DNA of 50,739 bases, taken from positions 1 to 50,739 of the forward strand of contig JBDHKN010000044.1 of the NCBI GenBank assembly GCA_039586365.1. Direction: 5' to 3'. The stretch comes from Gemmatimonadota bacterium. Lineage in GTDB: Bacteria > Gemmatimonadota > Gemmatimonadetes > Gemmatimonadales > GWC2-71-9. The notes below the pieces were generated by a model. That model did no database searches, had not been told where the DNA came from, and worked only from the letters and a program-made list of their open reading frames with translations. Each line of letters opens with the position of its first letter. Position 1 is the stretch's first letter. Of the stretch, positions 46,301 through 50,739 are shown one piece after another. The position numbers were made by a program, and so were the translations under genes.

Positions 46301-49300
46301 TGCTGCCGGGGCTGGTCCGTCGAGTTGGGGATCTCCCCTCTCTGAAAGGGCTCATTCGCGCCCTGCCCGACCGCGGAAAGTGTCTGACGGTAGGGGGCCT
46401 ACCCGGTTCGAGCGCTGCGGTGATGACCGCCTCGCTGAGTGAGGCTCACCCGCAGCGGTCATTTCTCGTAGTCTGTGCCACTCCTACCGAGGCCGAGACG
46501 TGGTACGGAGATCTGGCTGTACTGACCGGGGCAACGACTCAGCTGTACCCGCAGCGGGAAGCTCTGGGTGAAGAGGAACCCCACTTCGAGATTGCAGGCG
46601 AGCGGGTGGAGACCATTGAGGCGATACTGAGTGGTCGGGCCAGGGTGTTGGTGACGACTCTCCGGGCGACCGCCGAGCTGAGCCGCATGGCACGCACAGT
46701 GGTGGTGCAGCGACTCGAACTGGAAAAGGGCGCGGCGCTGCTACTCAGTGCGGTGGTAGACAGACTCCTTGACATGGGGTACGAACGTCGCTCGTCAGTC
46801 TTGGATGTCGCGCAGTTCGCGGTCCGAGGCGGGATAGTGGATGTATATGGTTTCGGGATGGCGGCACACTCGTTGCGCAGTTTCGATCTCGATACCCAAC
46901 TGTCCCGCAACGAAATCGCTCAGGTATCGGTGTTGCCGGTCGCGCCGCTTGGCGGCGCACGAGAAGAGCGAGAGGCGACTGGTGGAGCAGAGCAGCAGGA
47001 GCCAGCAGATGAGCGGCAGTCGCTGTTGGATCTGCTGCCGCCTGATACCCTAGTCATCAGCACCGCTGACTTCGATCCGGACGTCGTTACCCGTGTCTGG
47101 GAAGAGGCAGAGCATCATCTCGCAATAGCCAGGCGGCGGGGAGAAGACGCTCCCGGCCGCGACGCAGTGTTTCTTTCGCCTGATCGGTGGCAGGGCAAGT
47201 GGAACGCGTTTGCCAGGTTGGCCCTTGTCGAATCCGGTCCAGCGCTCGATTTCAGACTACGAGCTGCTCCTGAGGTTGGGCGAGACATGAAGCAACTCGT
47301 GCGAGTGATTGCCGGGGGACCGAGCCTAATCCTGTGCGACAACGAAGGGCAGTTGGAACGGCTGGAGGAGCTGCTTTCCGAATCAGACTGGCCGGGCGAG
47401 CGGCTGCCTAGCAACCTGACGTTGGCACTTGGCTCATTGAGCGGCGGTTTCACGCTGCCCGATCTCGCTGTACTGACGGATCACGAGATCTTCCGGCGGG
47501 CCCGGCGCATCCGTCGGCCGCGGCGCTACCGTCAGGCCACGGTCACCAAGGCGGTTGGGTCGCTCACTCCTGGCGACTATGTCGTGCATCTGGAACACGG
47601 GATAGGCATATACCGAGGGATGCAGACAATTGAGGTGGGTCAGGGTGGTACGATGGAAGTGGCCGTGCTCGAATATCACGCTGGCGATCGTTTGAATGTG
47701 CCCCTGTACCGGCTGGATCAGATCGAACCGTACAGGACTGTAGCCGATGACGAGACCCGACCTGCACCAAGAATCGACCGGTTGGGCGGTACGAGGTGGA
47801 AGCGGCAGCGTGCCAAGACGGAGGCAGCCATAAAGCGGCTAGCATCGGAACTGCTGGAGCTATACGCCAAGCGCTCCATCGTCAAGGGATTTGCCTTTCC
47901 ACCGGACACCCGCTGGCAAAGGGAACTAGAGTCTTCATTCTTGTATGAGGACACGCCTGATCAGCGTATTGCAGCGGAAGCTACCAAGCGGGACATGGAA
48001 CGGCCGCAGCCGGCGGACCGGTTGATCGTGGGCGACGTGGGATACGGCAAGACGGAAATAGCCGTGCGCGCCGCGTTCAAGGCAGTCCAGGCCGGAAAGC
48101 AGGTCGCAGTGATAGTTCCCACTACCATTCTGGCGGAACAGCATGGACGGACGTTCAGGGAGCGACTCGCCGAGTTTCCGGTGCGTATCGAAGTGCTCTC
48201 CCGATTCAGGACGACTGCCGAACAGAAGGCCGTTCTGGAGGGGCTGACCTCGGAGTCGGTTGATGTCGTGATCGGTACGCATCGCTTGTTCTCCAAGGAC
48301 GTGCTGTTCCACAGCCTCGGTCTGCTGATAGTCGATGAGGAACACCGCTTCGGAGTGAAGCACAAAGAGCGGCTCAAAGCTTTGCGTCTCGAGGTCGACG
48401 TCATCACGCTCACCGCCACTCCGATTCCCCGCACTCTGCATCTGGCTCTCTCGGGGTTGCGCGACCTCACGATCATGGAAACCCCGCCCCGCGACCGGTC
48501 GCCAGTCCTGACTTTCGTAGAACCGTGGGACGACGAACTGCTTGAGGAAGCGCTGGCTCGGGAACTAGATCGGGGTGGCCAGGTGTACTTCGTTCATAAC
48601 AGAATCGAGACGATCGAGACCATCGCCGCACGCGTGAGGCGTATTGTGCCGCAGGGGCGTGCTGTGGTTGAGGTGGCACACGGCAGCATGCGGGAACGGG
48701 ATCTGGATGGGGTAATGCGACGGTTCGTGGCCGGTGAGATAGACGTACTCGTTTCCACCATGATCGTCGAGTCTGGGCTGGACGTGCCCAACGCCAATAC
48801 CATGATTGTGAATCAAGCACACCAGTTCGGCCTGGCACAACTATATCAGCTGCGCGGACGGGTGGGGCGAGGACACCGCCGGGCCTATTGTTACCTGATA
48901 GTCCCCGACGCCGTGCATCCTGACGCTGAGCGCAGGCTGAAGGTGCTGGAGCATCATACTGAGCTGGGTTCGGGGTACCGGATAGCCTTGAGGGATCTCG
49001 AGCTCAGAGGTGCGGGTAATCTCCTTGGCGCAGAACAGTCGGGGCACACGCATGCGGTGGGATTCGACTTGTTCATGCGCTGGTTGAATGACGCTGTGCG
49101 GGCGCTCAAGGGAGATGCAAAGCATGGGGAGATGGCTCCCCCGGAGGTGATACTGGATGCACCAGCCTATCTACCGGACGAGTACGTGCCGGACACCGAC
49201 GCAAAGCTGGACTTCTATCGACGCCTGGCATCTGTGGGAGAGCTTGACGAGATTGCCGTGTTGCGAGCTGAGTTGCGGGATCGATTCGGGCCAGTCCCGG

Positions 49301-49596
49301 AAGACGCTGAGCGGCTGCTCATTGTGTCAGAGCTGCGAGCCCTCGGAGCGAGCCTCGGGTTGGAGATGGTGATCGTGCGTGGTGACGAAGCGCGCCTCAA
49401 GTTCCGAGCCGGCACAGCACCCAAGTTGATGAAGCTAGCCGCTGCCATGGAAGATGTGCAGTTTGCCGCCGATGTGCGAAGGACCGTGCCGCTGTACTTG
49501 CGTCTGACCCGACTGGGTGGGATAGCGATTGGTCCTGGACTCGTGCAGGCGCTATCAAGTGCACTGGACCAGAGCGGGGAACTGGTGGAAGCGTGA
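46300..49596 (+). CDS. mfd: Transcription-repair coupling factor
   Basis: GDYVVHLEHGIG, GDVGYGKTE, DEEHRFGV, TATPIPRTL, QLRGRVGR, DLELRGAGNLLG, TRCF C-terminal domain. Confidence 0.96.
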   Translation: MLPGLVRRVGDLPSLKGLIRALPDRGKCLTVGGLPGSSAAVMTASLSEAHPQRSFLVVCATPTEAETWYGDLAVLTGATTQLYPQREALGEEEPHFEIAGERVETIEAILSGRARVLVTTLRATAELSRMARTVVVQRLELEKGAALLLSAVVDRLLDMGYERRSSVLDVAQFAVRGGIVDVYGFGMAAHSLRSFDLDTQLSRNEIAQVSVLPVAPLGGAREEREATGGAEQQEPADERQSLLDLLPPDTLVISTADFDPDVVTRVWEEAEHHLAIARRRGEDAPGRDAVFLSPDRWQGKWNAFARLALVESGPALDFRLRAAPEVGRDMKQLVRVIAGGPSLILCDNEGQLERLEELLSESDWPGERLPSNLTLALGSLSGGFTLPDLAVLTDHEIFRRARRIRRPRRYRQATVTKAVGSLTPGDYVVHLEHGIGIYRGMQTIEVGQGGTMEVAVLEYHAGDRLNVPLYRLDQIEPYRTVADDETRPAPRIDRLGGTRWKRQRAKTEAAIKRLASELLELYAKRSIVKGFAFPPDTRWQRELESSFLYEDTPDQRIAAEATKRDMERPQPADRLIVGDVGYGKTEIAVRAAFKAVQAGKQVAVIVPTTILAEQHGRTFRERLAEFPVRIEVLSRFRTTAEQKAVLEGLTSESVDVVIGTHRLFSKDVLFHSLGLLIVDEEHRFGVKHKERLKALRLEVDVITLTATPIPRTLHLALSGLRDLTIMETPPRDRSPVLTFVEPWDDELLEEALARELDRGGQVYFVHNRIETIETIAARVRRIVPQGRAVVEVAHGSMRERDLDGVMRRFVAGEIDVLVSTMIVESGLDVPNANTMIVNQAHQFGLAQLYQLRGRVGRGHRRAYCYLIVPDAVHPDAERRLKVLEHHTELGSGYRIALRDLELRGAGNLLGAEQSGHTHAVGFDLFMRWLNDAVRALKGDAKHGEMAPPEVILDAPAYLPDEYVPDTDAKLDFYRRLASVGELDEIAVLRAELRDRFGPVPEDAERLLIVSELRALGASLGLEMVIVRGDEARLKFRAGTAPKLMKLAAAMEDVQFAADVRRTVPLYLRLTRLGGIAIGPGLVQALSSALDQSGELVEA

Positions 49597-50739
49597 ACTG
49601 CCACAAACGGTCCGGAACCACCCTGCGTAGCGTGTTGTTCGTCGTGTCGGCCGTGGCGTTTGTCGGCTGCGGTGACCTGTTTCGACGCAATGTGGTTGCG
49701 CGAGCCAACGACCATATCCTGACGGAGGATTGGTTTGCCGAGATTCTGGTGGAGGGAGATGTCCAGCTCGACCGCACAGTTGTGGAGCAGTGGGCCTGGA
49801 TGTGGCTGCAGTATTCCCTATTTCTCCAAGGCATAGCTCGCGGTGATTCATTCACAGATACCGCGACCGTAATGGAGGCCATGTGGCCGGCGGTTCTGAC
49901 GAGTACTGTTGAGGCCTACTTCCAGCGGTTGCTCTCGGAACAGGTGTTTGTCGATTCGGCCATCTTGGACAGCGTCTACAAGGCGGGCGATCATCGAATC
50001 ATTGACCACATCATGATTCGGGCCGACGAGCGACACTCGGCCGGTGAGAAGGCAACCCGGCGGCGGCGCGCCGAGATCATGCGTGACCGGTTGGTAGCCG
50101 GGAGATCCTGGGTGAGCGAGGCCCAGACCAGTGATGATCATGCCACTCGAGCGTCCCAGGGCAGGCTCGGCCTGATCGCCCGGGGAGAGGTGATGCCGGA
50201 ATTCGAGGAAGCAGCTTTCATGCTGGAGCCGGGCGAGTTGTCTGATGTGGTGGAGACTGCAGACGGCTACCACATCGTTCGACGTCCCCCGCTGGAAGAA
50301 GTCCGTGAGGAGTATGCTGACCAGATCAGAGCACTGCTGACGGACCGGTGGAGGCGCGATTTCACCGACGCCTTGGCGCAGCGATACCATATCCAGGTAG
50401 TCGACAACGGCCCGGAGATCATTCGCGACGCGGCGGAACGTCCCATCAGGGCTATGGCGTTGGAGCGGGGTCGCTTGATTGGGTCCTATGACGGGGGAGA
50501 TCTGACGGATGTCGACTACGTTGGCTGGCTGCAAGCCCTTCCTGTGCTGGAACTGCGGAGTGTCGGGGGAGCCAAGGACGAGCAGTTGAAGCAAATGGCC
50601 GGCAACGCCATGCGGTGGGAGGTGCTGTTCCTGGAAGCGAAGAGCGTGGGCACCACTCTCAGTGACAGCACCTACACAGTGATGAGGGAGGAATTCGACG
50701 GACGTCTAGCCGGAGTGCGAATCGCAATGAAGGTTGACT
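49593..50739 (+). CDS. Parvulin/PpiC-type peptidyl-prolyl isomerase lipoprotein, truncated by the window end (absent from the ORF track)
   Basis: Manual translation from GTG 49593: lipobox-like FVGC, HIMI, SDD...GRLGLIARGEVMPEFEEAAFMLEPGELSDVVETADGYHIV. Confidence 0.88.
   Translation, partial: MNCHKRSGTTLRSVLFVVSAVAFVGCGDLFRRNVVARANDHILTEDWFAEILVEGDVQLDRTVVEQWAWMWLQYSLFLQGIARGDSFTDTATVMEAMWPAVLTSTVEAYFQRLLSEQVFVDSAILDSVYKAGDHRIIDHIMIRADERHSAGEKATRRRRAEIMRDRLVAGRSWVSEAQTSDDHATRASQGRLGLIARGEVMPEFEEAAFMLEPGELSDVVETADGYHIVRRPPLEEVREEYADQIRALLTDRWRRDFTDALAQRYHIQVVDNGPEIIRDAAERPIRAMALERGRLIGSYDGGDLTDVDYVGWLQALPVLELRSVGGAKDEQLKQMAGNAMRWEVLFLEAKSVGTTLSDSTYTVMREEFDGRLAGVRIAMKVD

Noticed and set aside
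49848..50594. 248-aa minus-strand ORF
   Set aside because: It is a shadow of the plus-strand parvulin gene that runs off the window.

Overview
GC-rich bacterial chromosome segment. Gene content and style suggest Gemmatimonadota, but that is inference. About 8-50.7 kb is mostly housekeeping: a Wza-like exporter, uvrA (split by a frameshift), a flippase-like protein, a triple-FHA protein with a PP2C phosphatase, an HD hydrolase, rpiB, a metal-uptake cluster preceded by a CxxC/RAPP leader ORF, phoA, nfo, pcm, a TetR-TolC-HlyD-ABC efflux operon, lepA-ROK-PfkB-HATPase/STAS-ftsEX-envC, an M28 peptidase, a DUF4384 gene with a sigma54 promoter, DUF58/BatA, mfd and a partial parvulin PPIase. The first 7.9 kb is the most unusual part: an accessory region downstream of tRNA-Asn(GTT) with no integrase in the window. 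It holds three cargo genes for exported or membrane proteins (CocE/NonD hydrolase, TolB-like propeller, Ser/Thr kinase-propeller), separated by repeated non-coding modules of two kinds. Asn-type modules have a tRNA-Asn anticodon core, an IHF-like site and GACCTC repeats at 11-bp spacing. Arg-type modules have a tRNA-Arg(CCG) 3' half, TGTKACAA repeats, a promoter and a conserved ~100-nt leader. I interpret this as a nested, integron-like array of tRNA-att gene cassettes that probably continues left of the window. All family assignments are by motif recognition; no database searches were run.
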